Translations under genes and position numbers: made by a program
Notes under the pieces: model-generated
Database searches by the model: none
Seen by the model: only the letters and a program-made list of their open reading frames with translations
What the model was told of the DNA's origin: nothing
Assembly (NCBI RefSeq): GCF_036365525.1
Contig: NC_090386.1
Coordinates: 70,949,666-71,013,665, forward strand
Origin: Heterodontus francisci
Lineage: Eukaryota
Direction of reading: 5' to 3'
DNA: 64,000 nt
In this document: one piece after another, positions 51,000 to 64,000 of the stretch
Position numbering within the stretch: the stretch's first letter is position 1
How the letters are laid out: each line of letters starts with the position of its first letter

Positions 51000-53269
51000 G
51001 TCGCAGTTTCCCGTCCACTCCTCAGCTTATTAAAATTGGCCTTGCCCCAATTGAGAACTCTAATTCCTGTTCTATCTCTGTCCTTTTCCATAATTATGTT
51101 AAAACTGACTGAATTATGATCACTACCACCAAAATGCTCTCCCACTGCCACTCCTTCCACCTGCCCATCTTCATTTCCTAAAACTAAGTTTAAAACTGCA
51201 CCCTCTCTGGTTGCACTTGCTACATACTGGCCAAAAATGTTCTCCTGAATGCATGTCAAGAATTCTGCTCCCTCAATTCCTTTCACACTAAAACTATGGC
51301 AGTTAATATTGGGGTAGTTAAAATCCCCTATTATTATTGCCCTACTTTTCTTGCACTTTTCAGAGATTTGCCTATATATCTGCTCTTCTATCTCCCTCTG
51401 ACTGTTTGGGGGTGCATACTACATTCCCGGCAGTGTGATTGCCCCTTTTTGTTCCTTATCTCAATCCATATGGCGTCATTTGATGAACTTTCCAACACAT
51501 CATTCCTCCTTACAGCTGTAAATGTTTCTTTGACCAAAATTGATACTTCCCCTCCTTTCTTATCCCCGTCCCTAATGTGTCTGAAAACCCTGCAACCAGG
51601 AACGTGAGCTGCCATTCCTGTCCCTCCTTAAGCTATGTTTCTTTAAAGCTATGCTATCAGACTGCCACATGTCTATCTGTGCCCTCAGCTCACCTGCTTT
51701 ATTTGCTCTACTCCTTGCATTGAAATAGATACCTTTGACCACTGCCAAACTCTTTTTTTAAATTATCTAACTTTTGTTTCCTCTGTCTTCCAGACTCATC
51801 CATTAGTTTTCTGCTTTCCATTTTCATTTCTGATTTTGTCCCACCCTCAGGTCCCCATCCCCCTGTCAAACTAGTTTAAACCCTCCCCAACAGCACTAGC
51901 AAAACATCCCGCAAGGAACTCAGTACCGGCTCTGATCAGATGCAGCCCTTCCGGCCTGTACAGGTCCCATCTCCTCCAGAGCCGGTCCCAATGTCCCAAG
52001 AATCTAAAGCCCTCCCTCCTGCACCAACTTTCCAGCCACCCATTCATCTGTCTTATCCTTCTATTCCTGTACTCACTTGCGCATGGCACTGGGAGTAATC
52101 TGGAGATTACTACTTTTGAGGTCCTGCTTGCTATTTTCTTACCTAGCTCCCTAAATTCTGACTGCAGGACCACATTCCTCTTTCTACCTATGTCGCTGGT
52201 TCCGATTTGGACCACGGCTGCTGGCTGTTCGCCTTCTCCCTTCAGGATGTTCTGCAGCTGCTCAGGGACATCCTTGACCCTGGTACCAGGGAGGCAACGC
52301 ACCACCCTGGATTCACGTCGACAGTCGCAAAAACACCTGTCCGTTCCCTTGACTGTCGAATCACCTATCACTATGGCTCTTCCCGTCTTCCCTCTACCCC
52401 TCTGTGCAGCTGAGCCACCTATGGTGCCATGGACTTGGCTCTGGCTGCACTCCCCAGATGAGCCATCACTCTCATCAGTATTCAGAACTGAATACCTGTT
52501 GGAGAGTGAGATGCACTCAACGGTCTCTGCACTACCTGCCTGTTTCTTTTTGACTGCCTGGTGGTCACCCATTCCCTCTCTCCCTGCATACTCTTAAGCT
52601 GCAGGGTGACCACATCTATAAACGTGCTAGCCACGAAGCTCTCAGCCTCATGAATGCACCACAGTGTCGCCAACTGCTGCTCAATTTCCAAAGCCTGGAG
52701 CTCAAGCTGCTGCAATTGATGACACTTCCTGCATAAATGGTTATCCAGGATATGGGAAGCATCCTGGAGCTCCCAAATTGCGCAAGAGGTGCACTCTCCA
52801 GGATGACGCAACCCTGCCATTCCTTTATTTATTAGTTGACCCTTCGCTACTGCTAAAGAAATAAATGTTACCAATACGAGAACTATTAATAAAAGCTTAC
52901 GAGTACTGATAAATCCTATAATCAATCAATACAGTTCCCTAGTTAAAATAAACCTTACTTAAAAAAAGATCATACTCACCTGCTATTTACTTGTTCCTTA
53001 TTATTAATACTTCATTTTTTTCCCGTTTTTAGTCTGCCAGTTGTTGAGAGGCAGTATCTAAGCTGCACTACTGAGCAGCCAATCACCTACCTGCTTCCTT
53101 GTGATGTCACGCCTCTCTTTTCTCTTTCTGAATGCAGACTCCGACTGGTTACAGGTGACAGCGAATCCCACTGGTCTCACTGATTCATACTGCTCTGACT
53201 ATATCTCGCCTTCCTTCTCCTCGCTTTTTTTAGCCCCACTGGTCTCGCTGATTTGTGCTGCTCTGTCTG

Positions 53270-53990
53270 ACATCCAGGCTTGGGCTGATAAGTGGCAAGT
53301 AACATTCACGCCTCAAAAGTGCCAGGCAATGACCATCTCAAACAAGAGAGAATCTAACCATCTCCCCTTGACATTCAATGGCATTACTATTGCTGAATCC
53401 CCCACTATCAACATCCTGGGGGTTACCATTGACCAGAAACTGAACTGGACCAACTACATAAATACTGTAGCTACAAGAGCAGGTCAGAGGCTGGGAATTC
53501 TGCAGCGAAAAACTCACCTCCTGTCTCTCCAAAGCCTGTCCACCATCTACAAGGCACACATCAGGAGTATGATGGAATACTCCCACTTGCCTGGATGGGT
53601 GCAGTTCCAACAACGCTCAAGAAGCTTGGCACCATCCAGGACAAAGCAGCTCACTTGATCGGCAGCCCATCCACCACCTTCAACATTCACTCCCTCCACC
53701 ACCAACACACAGTGGCAGCAGTGTGTACCATATACAAGATGCACTGCAGCAGCTCACCAAGACTCCTCTGACATCACCTTCCAAACCCATGACCTCTACC
53801 ATCTAGAAGAACAAGGGCAGCAGATATATCGTACACCAGCACCTGCAAGTTTCCCTCCAAGTCACACACCATCCTCATTTAGAACTAAATCGCTGTTCCT
53901 TTGTTCCTTCACTGTCACTGGGTCAAAAACCTGGAATTCACTCCCTTACAGCACTGTGGGTGTACCACATGGACTGTAGTGCTTCAAGAG
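53270..53990 (+). mobile_element. Continuation of the 47320 LINE copy (RT C-terminal region)
   Basis: DIQAWADKWQVTF...; rejoins ggacaac|atccaggct across the CR1 insertion. Confidence 0.9.
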
Positions 53991-54454
53991 TTCTTTGAGG
54001 AGTAACAAGCTATGTGGATAAAGAGGAGTCTGTAGTGGTTGTGAAAAGCACAATATAAAAATGCAAGTCTTTATTTCTTGATATCTCAGCCAACTTACTG
54101 CTTGGCAAATTGTAGATACTCCACAGTATTCAGCACATCAGTTTAACGTTGCACTGCACCACAAAATTGCCCATGAGAATTTGAATTTTTTTTGGCAAGA
54201 AACACAAAGCTGATCAATTCAAAAGAAATTTGAAGGCACATCGAAGAAACCAAATTGCTACAGGAACAATAATTAAGAAAAACATGCATTTTAAACTATT
54301 GATAACTCTATGGTTCTAAAATTAACAATTTTGAAAATTGGACATTTTTACCAAAGTGTACATTAACTGTGGCCATATTTGGAAACTTTGATATTCAGTT
54401 GGCAATTTAAAGGAGTTGCTTCACAATCTTTGGTTACATTTCCCCACTCATTGT

Positions 54455-56541
54455 GGCCTGAATTTTATACAGGCACCATGCTCTGTGGCGGTGCCCTTTA
54501 AACTCAGCGGGGTGCCCGCATTTAGCGGCTGCCGCAGAGCCCCCGCGATATTACGCATGGGGCTCATTAGCATCACTGCACCAAGCCTCCCCCCACATAT
54601 TATGTGGGGAGAGGTGGGACATTCGGCGCAGTGAGGAACCCTGTGACAGTTGTGCAGCAGGTGCTGGGGCCCTATTTAAGCACCCCAGCACCTGCTTCCT
54701 GACAGCTGTCAAAGAAATACTCACCTGACTGCTAAAGAGTGGGGCTGCTGTCAATCTGGGTCACAGACCTGAAAGTTAACTCTGCTTCTCTCTCCACAGA
54801 TGCTGCCTGACCTGCTGAGTTACCCCAGCACTTTCCACTTTGCTGCCACATACTTAACCTGCTGTGTCCCAGTGTCCTATGAAGTTGCGATCCTCTTCTC
54901 CCACTCAAGTGTAACATTCCTCCTTGTAGGCGTGCTGCACCTGGGTGAATAATCTGAATTTTGCACATTCCAGGACGTGGGACTGAAATATACCAAGGTA
55001 TTACAGAGGTTTATTGAGAACACACTGACACAAAAGGGAATGCATGGGTGTCACAGCAATGTAAATACGTCTTTCACTAAATGTTCCTCATCAACATGTG
55101 TGTCCTTTTCTCTGTGTGAATGATGTGTGCCAGCATGTAGCACCAATGTCACATCTCTTTGCACCATTGGCCCTCAGGGGAGCCTACGTATGCAATAACA
55201 TCATTGCCAAGCCACCATTACTCATGAGCGTCTCCACGGATGCAGTGACATGAACATTGGCTCAGTCAGCTGCTGCCTCTAATGCTTTACACAAGGATGC
55301 TGCAGATGTGGACTGGTGCACAGCAGGTGAGCGAGGGTGATGTGAGGCTTGCAGAGCTCATGTCGGTTCCTATGGTGCAGAGAGCCTTTGTCTGATAAGC
55401 CACTGCCATACATCCCTAGCTCACAGCTAGCCCTGCTTGCAGATCCTGGGTGCCATCAGCCCTCCCTACGTCTTTCATGTTGTAGGTCCTCAGCATCCTC
55501 ATAGTCCGAGGAGGAATCCTGTTGACGTCTATCCTCATCATGCCAGACCTGGCCCCTATTGCAGGTCATCCTTGAGCAGGGCACAGAGACGTGTCACCAA
55601 CCTCTCTGCATGCGCAATCTCCTCTGACACTGGTGCTCTGACATCCGACGGCATGTCATTTGGGGCCTGTAGATGCGGGGCAACCGTAATGGCTGGCTCC
55701 CCTTGGGGGCATTTGCTCATGACCGGGGGCCTCTACGTGGATTATACCTGCCTGTTGATATTGCCTCTGGCACATACGGATCCTCACGAGCAGAGATTCA
55801 CACAATGTAGGATGACCCATGCCTTTTTCCTTGTGATAAATAAAGTTGAACTCATCATGTATTCGAAGGTTCCCAACAGGGCAGGGATTGGTGTTGACGG
55901 GTACATCAGCTCTTTCCTGGATCAACTATGTGGCATGCCATGGCATTGCCCATCTGGCCAACACTCAAAGTGGCACAGCATGACCACATCAACATCCTAC
56001 TAGCTGAATCGATTGCCCCCACCATCCATATAACCTTAATGCTCCTGCACTTTCTGGCACCCTCCCCACACACAAGGTACCTACCGAGTGTGCCATTGCT
56101 CCTTCACGAAAACAAACAAACACAGTACCTCCCTTCATGCCAGCAGAGCCTTCCCTCCAGTAATCTCAGACCCCCTCCCTTTAAGTATGCAGAGTGAGAC
56201 CCCTGAAAAGGACCTTCTGTCGCAATACCTTCTGCCTCTGTGGACCCACCAACTTTTCAAATCGTGAACGGACGGCACGTGACAACCGCCCGTTCAGCGA
56301 AAAATCAGGAAGCGTCAATGGAGAGGCAGTGGGCTGGATAATCTGCAGAGGTAAGTCCAGTTTAACATATTGTAATGGGGTGCTGCCACGGTGTGGCAGG
56401 GCAGCCGCACCAAGGTCCCCCCCACTGCCAGTAATTTGCGGCGGGCCCTTCTCGACATCGCAGGTTGAGGCGGGTCTCTCCCCCCAGGATTAGCCCCCAC
56501 TCCGCGACCCACGGGGTCGAGGGGCCAGTAAAATTCAGCCC
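54455..56541 (-). mobile_element. Internally deleted Harbinger element
   Basis: TIRs ggcctgaatttta / taaaattcagccc; 3-bp TSD TGT; minus-strand transposase N-terminus remnant (RIYRPQ..MSEHQCQRRLR..LCALLKDDLQ); Penelope fragment at 54757-54845. Confidence 0.8.
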
Positions 56542-57904
56542 TGTTTGTCTGTTTGTCTTTGGTTATTCTGTGTGCAAGATGAGCAGGTCACAGAATCATA
56601 GAATTGTTAGAGTGCAGAAGGAGGCCGTTCGGCCCGTTGTGTGTGTCTGCACATGGACTTAGCAAAATCAACCATCCACAGGGCCACAAATCACTGGGGA
56701 GGGTCCTTTGACTGCTTGTTTAGATTGGTATGCACCCAGATGATCATGGAATATAACAACAGTGTTCTTTGGTTCGCTAGGAGCTTTTGGCAACTGGATG
56801 TCATTGCAGAACATCAAATGCTTCATTTAACTAAATTTCAAAATTGACTTTAGAAATCTAACTAGCGTTTATCTTTACTTTGGGCAGGCAGTCTATCATC
56901 AATGAATTCAGTGATTACTAGTGCCCACCTTCCCAGAAGGGGAAGTGGAATGGTTTGGCATTGTTCTGGTGGCATTGGGCTTTGCAAAAGAGAACACTTG
57001 GTTATCAGAAGTAAAAATAATAGAACAGAAGTTACAACATGTTGCACCTATGTTTTGACATTGAGAAACAGTTGAAGTTCATTGAAGTTCTGTTGTTTAA
57101 CAGGGTTATGACTATGAAAATGGTGGTTGTGGATCCTGTATGTTGCTGTTTGCAGCGTAAGACATTCCTAATGCATGATTATTTTTCTTGCAGGAGAATC
57201 ACATGGCATGCAATCAATCATGTCCCAACTGTGATTTTAATCTAAGGGTTTGCTGTGAAATTCTGTTTTCACAGAAGTCATTAATTTGTGGAATTAATTG
57301 CCTTGAATAGATTTCACATGTGGAGACCTAGACCACACCAATGCCTTTACAGAAAACAAACAGATGTTTAACTATTATACTAAGCAGAAATTACTGAGCA
57401 AAGTGCTACAGATAATTAGCAGGGTCATATGATTGAAAAAATTAATAAATGACCCAATATATTTTACTTGAATGACTGGATTGAGGAGTGAATCTATAAG
57501 CCTCCGTGTTAGGACAATTAAACTGGCAGCAGGAAGGATGGAGGGGGAGCAAATTGGAGGAGGGAGACGTAGCCACTCTGCTCCTGCCTTGATCTGGTCA
57601 AGTGAAATATTAAACTGCAGGTGGCAAGGACCCCCGCCAGCAGCCAGCAAGTTCTTGATTTAAATATACTGATCAGGCTCTGAGCACGTCATCAGCACCC
57701 AACTGAGTGGGAGATCAATGGTGGCTTAACCAACATGTCAAAGATACCAAGAGGCCGAGTAAGGTAAGCTTTAAAATTCATTCGATGTTTGTTTTGGGGC
57801 TAGAATAAGCAGAAACAGACAATATCAAGTGTCAAGTTTCCACATTATCTGAAATAATAATGCAACAAAATCTAAAGTCAGTACTGAAAGACTTATCACT
57901 CAAT

Positions 57905-60900
57905 CAGATTGTAACCCTTGGCAACTCCAGTGACATCACGGGAAATCTGTAAGCTGATTGCTTGGGTAAGTAACAGCTGTTCGTGCCTGTAAATAGCTTT
58001 AAAAAATCAGGGGAGAGAAAGTTCTTTTTTTTAAATCTCAAAACCTACCCTATAAGTGATAAGGTTAGTACTACTAAAGTGTGTTTTTTGTTTTTAATTA
58101 GTGCAATTTATTACTAATTACTAGCAATTATTACTTTTTTTTATATAGTAAGCAGTGGTTTTTTGGAAATCAAGGTCCCGAGTGTAAATAATCTCAATTT
58201 TTTTGAGTACATTAACGGTAAGTCATGGCAGGGTGGCTCAGCTGTGTGGAATGCTCCTCCTCTGCAATGTGGGAAGTCAGGGACACTACCAGTGTCCAGG
58301 GCGAACACGTGTGCAGCAAATGTCTCCAACTGCAGGTGCTCGAAATCCGCGGCTGGGGGCGCTGTGGAGCATCCGTGAGGCTATCATCGTGGCTAGCACT
58401 TACAGGGAGGTGGTCACACCGCAGATAAAGACTGCTCAGGCAGAAAGGGAATGGGTGACCGCCAGGCAGAGTAGAAGAACTAGACAGGTAGTACAGGAGT
58501 CCCCTGGGTCCATCTCCCTCTCTTACAGATATTCCGCTTTGAGTACTGTTAGGGGAGATAGCTTCTCGGGGAATGCAGCAAGAGTCAAGTCTGTGGCAAC
58601 ACGGGTGGCTCAGCTGCACAGGTGGTGAGGGAAAAGAGTGGGAGAGCTATAGTGATAGGGGATTCTATTGTAAGGGGTACAGATAGGCATTTCTGTGGCC
58701 ACAAACATGACTCCAGGATGGTATGTTGCCTCCCTGCTGCTCGGGTCAAGGATGTCATGGAGGGGCTGCAGGACATTCTGAAGGGGAAGGGTGAACAATC
58801 AGAGGTGGTGGTTCACATTGGTACTAAAGACATAGGTAGAAAGAGGGATGAGGTCCTGCAACAAGAATTCAGGGAGCTAGGTAGCAGATTAAAAAGCAGG
58901 GCCTCAAAGGTTGTAATCTCTGGATTACTCCCAGTGCCACGTGCTAGTGAGTATAGGAATAGGAGGATATAATAGATGAATGCGTGGCTGAAGACATGGT
59001 GCAGAAGGGAGGGCTTTAGTTTCCTGGATCACTGGATCTGTTTCTAGCGAAGGTGGAACCTATACAAGTTGGACGGGTTGCACCTGAACCGGAACAGGAC
59101 CAACATCCTTGCTGGGAGGTTTGCTAGTGCTGTTTTGGTTGTGGGTGGGGGGGGTGGTTAAACTAATTTGGCAGGGGGATGGGATACAGAGTGCAGGTAC
59201 AGTAGGGGGTGATGCACAGCCAGATATAGAAGAGGAATTAAGTCAGTCTGAAAGGCAGAACAAATATAGAGCTGTTAAGGCACAAATGAATAATGCAAGG
59301 CTGGGTTGCATCTATTTTAACGCAAGGAGTCTTAGAAGTAAGGCAGATGAATTGAGGGCGTTGATTAACACATGGGAATATGATATTATTGCTATCACAG
59401 AGACATGGTTGAGGGAAGGACAGGACTGGCAGCTCAATATTCCAGGATATAGAATCTTCAGGCATGACGGTGGGGGCAGTGGGGTGGGGGGAGGGTTGTA
59501 AAAGAGGAGGTGGTATTGCACTGTTGATCAAGGAGTCAATTACTGCAGTAAGGAGGGATGATATCTTAGATGGTTCCTCAAATGAGGCCAGATGGGTAGA
59601 ACTTAAAAACAAAAAGGGGACAATCACTTGGCTGGGAGTTTACTACAGGCCTCCAAATAATCAGGGAGAGATAAAGGAGCAGATAGGTAGGCAAATCTCA
59701 GAGAGGTGTAAAAATAATAGGGTAATAATAGTAGGGGATTTCAACTTCCCCTATATTAACTGAGATAGTCTTAGTGCAAAAGGCTTAAAGGGGGTGGGAT
59801 TCTTAAAGTGCATACAGGAGAGCTTTTTGAGTAGAAAGTACTGGAGCTAATCCTAGGGAATGAAGCCAGACAAGTGGTAGAAGTGTCAGTGGGGGAGCAT
59901 TTCTGGGATAGTGACCATAACTCTAAGATTTAAGGTAATTATGGAAAAGGTCAAAGATGGACCAGAAATAAAGGTACTGAATTGGGGGAAGGCTGATTTC
60001 AATATGATAAAAAAGAATCTGGCCAAAATGGACTGGGAGCAGCTACTTATAGGAAAGTCTACATCACATCAGTGGGAGTCATTCAAAAAGGAAATAGTGA
60101 GAGTTCAGGGCCAACATGTTCCCGTAAAGGAGAAGGGTAGGACCAACATGTCCAGGGTACCGTCGATGTCAAGGGAAAGGATCAGGAAAAAAAAGGAGGC
60201 TTATGGCAGATTCAGGGGGCTGAAAACAGCAGAGGCCCTAGAGGAGTATAGAAAGTGTAGGGGGGTACTTAAAAAAGTAATTAGGAGAGCGAAGAGGGGG
60301 CATGAAAAAGCACTGGTGGGCAAGATAATGGAAAATCCCAAAGTGTTTTATAAGTATATTAAGGGTAAGAGGATAACCAGGGAAAGAGTAGGGCCTATTA
60401 GGGACCAAAGTGGTAATCTGTGTGCAGAGTCGGAGGACGTAGGTGAGGTTTTAAATGATTACTTTTCATCTGTGTTCACTATGGAGAAGGAGGATGTAGT
60501 TGTAGAGATCAGGGAGGGTGTTTGTGATATACTCGAGCAAATTAGCATTGAAAGGGAGGAAGTATTAATGGTTTTAGCGGGTTTAAAAGTGGATAAATCC
60601 CCAGGCCCAGATGAGATGTATCCCAGGCTGTTACGTGAGGCAAGACAGGAGATTGCAGGGGTTCTGACACATTTTCAAATCCTCTCTGGCCACAGGAGAG
60701 GTGCCAGAGGACTGGAGGACAGCGAATGTGCTACCATTATTCAAGAAATGTAATTACAGGCTGGTGAGTCTAACATCAGTGTAGGGAAACTATTGGAAAC
60801 AATTCTGAGGGACAGGATTAATCTCCACTTGGAGAGGCGGGGATTAATCAAGGATAGTCAGCATGGCTTTGTCAGAGGGAGATCATGTCTAACAAACTTG

Positions 60901-62468
60901 ATTGAATTTTTCGAGGAGGTGACAAGGTGTGTAGATGAGGGTAAAGCAGTTGATGTAGTCTACATGGACTTCAGTAAGGTTTTTGATAAGGTCCCGCATG
61001 GGAGATTGGTTAAGAAGGTAAGAGCCCATGGTATCCAGGGCAATTTGGCAAATTGGATCCAAAATTGACTTAGTGGCAGGAGGCAGAGGGTGATGGTCGA
61101 GGGTTGTTTTTGCAATTGGAAGCCTGTGACCAGTGGTGTACCACAGGGATCAGTGCTGGGACCCTTACTGTTTGTAGTGTATATTAATGATTTAGACGTG
61201 AATATAGGAGGTATGATCAGTAAGTTCGCAGATGACACAAAAATTGGTGGTGTTGTAAATAGTGAGGAGGAAAGCCTTAGATTATAGGACGAAAGAGATG
61301 GGCTGGTAAGATGGGCAAAGCAGTGGCAAATGGAATTTAATCCTGATAAGAGCGTGGTGATGCATTTTGGGAGGACTAACAAGGCAAGGGAATATACAAT
61401 GGATGGTAGGACCCTAGGAAGTACAGAGAGTCGGAGGGACCTTGGTGTACTTGTCCATCGATCACTGAAGGCAGCAGCACAGGTAGATAAGGTGGGTAGG
61501 AAGGCATGTGGGATACTTGCCTTTATTAGCCGAGGCATAGAATATAAGAGCAGGGAGGTTATGATGGAGCTGTATAAAATGCTAGTTAGGCCACAGCTGG
61601 AGAACTGTGTACAGTTCTGGTTGCCACAATATAGGAAGGATATGATTGCACTGGAGAGAGATTCACCAGGGTGTTGCCTGGGCTGGAGCATTTCAGCTAT
61701 GAAGAGAGACTGGATAGGCTAGGGTTGATTTCCTCAGAGCAGAGAAGGCTGAGGGGAGACTTGATAGAGGTATACAAAATTATGAGGGGCATAGATAGGG
61801 CAGATAGTTTAGTTTTAGTTTTAGAGATACAGCACTGAAACAGGCCCTTCGGCCCACCGAGTCTGTGCCAACCATCAACCACCCATTTATACTAATCCTA
61901 CACTAATTCCATATTCCTACCACCACCTGTCCCTATATTTCCCTACCACCTACCTATACTAGGGGCAATTGCTAATGGCCAATTTACCTATCAACCTGCA
62001 AGTCTTTGGCATGTGGGAGGAAACCGGAGCACCCGGAGGAAGCCCATGCAGACACAGGGAGAACTTGCAAACTCCACACAGGCAGTACCCAGAATTGAAC
62101 CCGGGTCGCTGGAGCAGTGAGGCTGTGGTGCTAACCACTGCGCCACTGTGCCGCCCCCTTAGCGGAGGTGTCAATAACTAGGGGACATAGATTTAAGGTA
62201 AGGGGCAGGAGGTTTGGAGGGGATTTGAGGAAAGAATTTTCACTCAGAGGGTGGTTGGAATCTGGAACACACTGCCTGAAGAGGTGGTAGAAGCAGGAAC
62301 CCTTATAACATTTAAGAAGTATCTAGATGAGCACTTGAAACGCCATAGCATACAAGGATATGGGCCAAGTGCTGGAAAATGGGATTAGAATAGATAGGCT
62401 TGATAGCCGGCAGAAAAACGGTGGGCCGAAAGACCTGCTTCTGTGCTGTATAACTCTATGACTGTATG
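57905..62468 (+). mobile_element. Near full-length CR1 LINE (ORF1 ~58225-59170, ORF2 ~59290-62350), disrupted
   Basis: CSSSAMWEV..VCSKC, IVIGDSIVRG, HIGTKDI; [30 protein letters not shown]; tail ctatgactgtatgac. Confidence 0.93.
61805..62157 (-). mobile_element. HE1-like (V-domain) tRNA SINE with CR1-type tail
   Basis: Minus strand gggcggcacagTGGCGCAGTGGttagc...GGTTCAATTC; V-like gggtgctccggtttcctcccac; tail (aaaact)n. Confidence 0.88.
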
Positions 62469-62598
62469 ACAACTGAATGGCTTGCTGGGCCATTTCAGAG
62501 GGCAGTTAAGAGTCACCCACATTGCTGTGGGTCTGGAGTCACAGGTCGGACCAGGTAAGGACGTCAGATTTCCTTCCCTAAAGGACATTAGTAAACCT
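62469..62598 (-). mobile_element. Fragment of the tRNA-headed LINE/SINE 5'UTR
   Basis: Reverse complement matches ~23339-23470. Confidence 0.8.
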
Positions 62599-62679
62599 TG
62601 GTTGCAGCATCAGACTGTACTTTACACCCAGTCCCCCAAAAATTTTACAACATCTGAAAATTTGGCTAATTTACATTCT

Positions 62680-63755
62680 GAGGGGATTTTCAACCCTCCT
62701 GCCCCCACGACACAGGTAAGGGTCAGTGGGGTTAAATCCTCAAATTTGCAAAACTTGACCCCAGCTCGCCATGATCACAGCTGTGTCCATTTCAACCAGA
62801 TATCAGGGCATCCAAATAACCCAGTTCTGTCATTTTGCACAGGTTTCCCAGAGTTTGGGAAACTCAGTGAAACAGAGGCGAGATGGAGTGGGACTTCACG
62901 TGGATGGTTAAAGATCAGGATTCCTGATGTGAATACATGCTGAGTGTTCACAGCTGCTTTTTCTGTTCCCTCTGGAGAACTATTTGCTGATAGTACTTGT
63001 TATGAGAGACCAATTTGTACTATTTGGATGTATTCACAAAGAATATCGGGCTGGGTGGTGCCATGGCTGCTTTTGACTGGACTTCAGGTGAGGCAGACAA
63101 TCAGCATCCATGGGAGTAAGGGTAGAAACAAAGAGGATTGAGCTCACAGGAGGCACTACCCACCTAACATGGTCGACAGACAGAGGCTCACTTCCTTGAC
63201 CTCTCAGAAAATCAATACTTCCAAACGCTGAGATGGTCATGTAACTAGATCGCAAATATCTGCAACTTCCTAGAATACCTCCTGGACCTGGTATCACGCA
63301 TTACCAGTGGCTGTGAAAGTCACCACTGCTCTCAGTCTTTTTGCCTTTGATTCTCTCCAGGGCACTACCAGGGAAATATCGAGGGTCTAGCAGTAGACTG
63401 CACATAAATGCATATGGCAGGCGACCGACAGATTGTTTGCCAGGACTGGGAGATATGTAAACTTCCATTGTGATGACAGTAGCCAGAATTAGCACGCACT
63501 AGAACTTGTGTCTCTGGCTGGCTTCCCAAGGTGCATTGTGCCATCACCTGCACACACTTGGCAATTTGAATATCCCCAGAACTACCACGATCATCCATCA
63601 ACCGCAAGGATTTTCATTCCATTAATATTCAGCTAGTCTTCAACCACAAAAAAACAAGGCCTGTGCCAGATTCCCTGGGAGCTGCCATGATGCTTTCATT
63701 CTCCAGCAGTCCAATGTCACCATCTAGTCATATGTGAAACCAGCCTTCAGGGATG
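62680..63755 (+). mobile_element. Degenerate Harbinger element with transposase remnant
   Basis: LPVAVKVTTALSLFA...AHKCI...INRKDFHSINIQLV...CARFPGSCHDAFILQQS at ~63150-63720. Confidence 0.8.
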
Positions 63756-63756
63756 G

Positions 63757-64000
63757 TCTTTTTTTTCAATTCACAAGATGTGGGCATCGCTGGCCAGACC
63801 AGTCTTTATTGGTCATCCCTAGTTGCCCTCAAGAAGGTGGTGGTGAACCACCTTCTTCAATTATTGCAATCCATGTGGTGAGGGAGTGCTACTAGGTCGG
63901 GAGTTCTAGGACTTTGACCCAATAACGATGGAGGAATGACAATATATTTCCAAGTCGGGTTTGTGTGTGACTTGGAGGGGAACTTGAAGATGGTGGTGCT
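63757..64000 (-). mobile_element. 3' end of another tRNA-headed-family LINE copy (runs off the window)
   Basis: Reverse complement of the tail and ORF end seen at ~26125-26370. Confidence 0.85.

Larger units (their letters stand above)
48167..53269 (-). mobile_element. Near full-length CR1 LINE (5'UTR, ORF1 Zn-finger/leucine zipper/SGNH esterase, ORF2 APE-RT)
   Basis: ORF1 CTSC...CRKC, IVIGDS, QIGTSD, GLHL; ORF2 SDH, DFSKAFD, FADD; acat overlap at both junctions. Confidence 0.92.

Noticed and set aside
60960-61691. Long antisense ORFs over LINE RT regions (also 17941-18378, 19661-20218)
   Set aside because: Shadow frames of ORF2 with no independent coding signal.

Overview
Vertebrate nuclear DNA, very likely cartilaginous fish (shark), judged from HE1/V-type SINE, CR1/HER1-type LINE and Penelope repeats. 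No intact host protein-coding exon could be identified. Bases 1-8,800 look transposon-free: a CpG-enriched promoter (CRE, C/EBP, CCAAT, ZNF143/YY1-like motifs) and a probable minus-strand first exon near 6.2-6.35 kb, followed by its first intron. The rest is a nested mosaic of 32-bp and 18-bp minisatellites, CR1 LINEs (two near full length), a 7.3-kb two-ORF Harbinger with TIRs/TSD, hAT elements and MITEs, and Penelope fragments carrying hammerhead-ribozyme motifs. The best candidate for an unusual system is a non-LTR retrotransposon family with a tRNA-like Pol III head (A/B boxes) joined to a single APE-RT ORF and no ORF1. Its sense strand is almost free of TTTT terminators. It occurs here as a full-length copy, an in-frame internally deleted copy and a head+tail SINE. 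Coordinates were read by eye; the ends of degenerate repeats are approximate.
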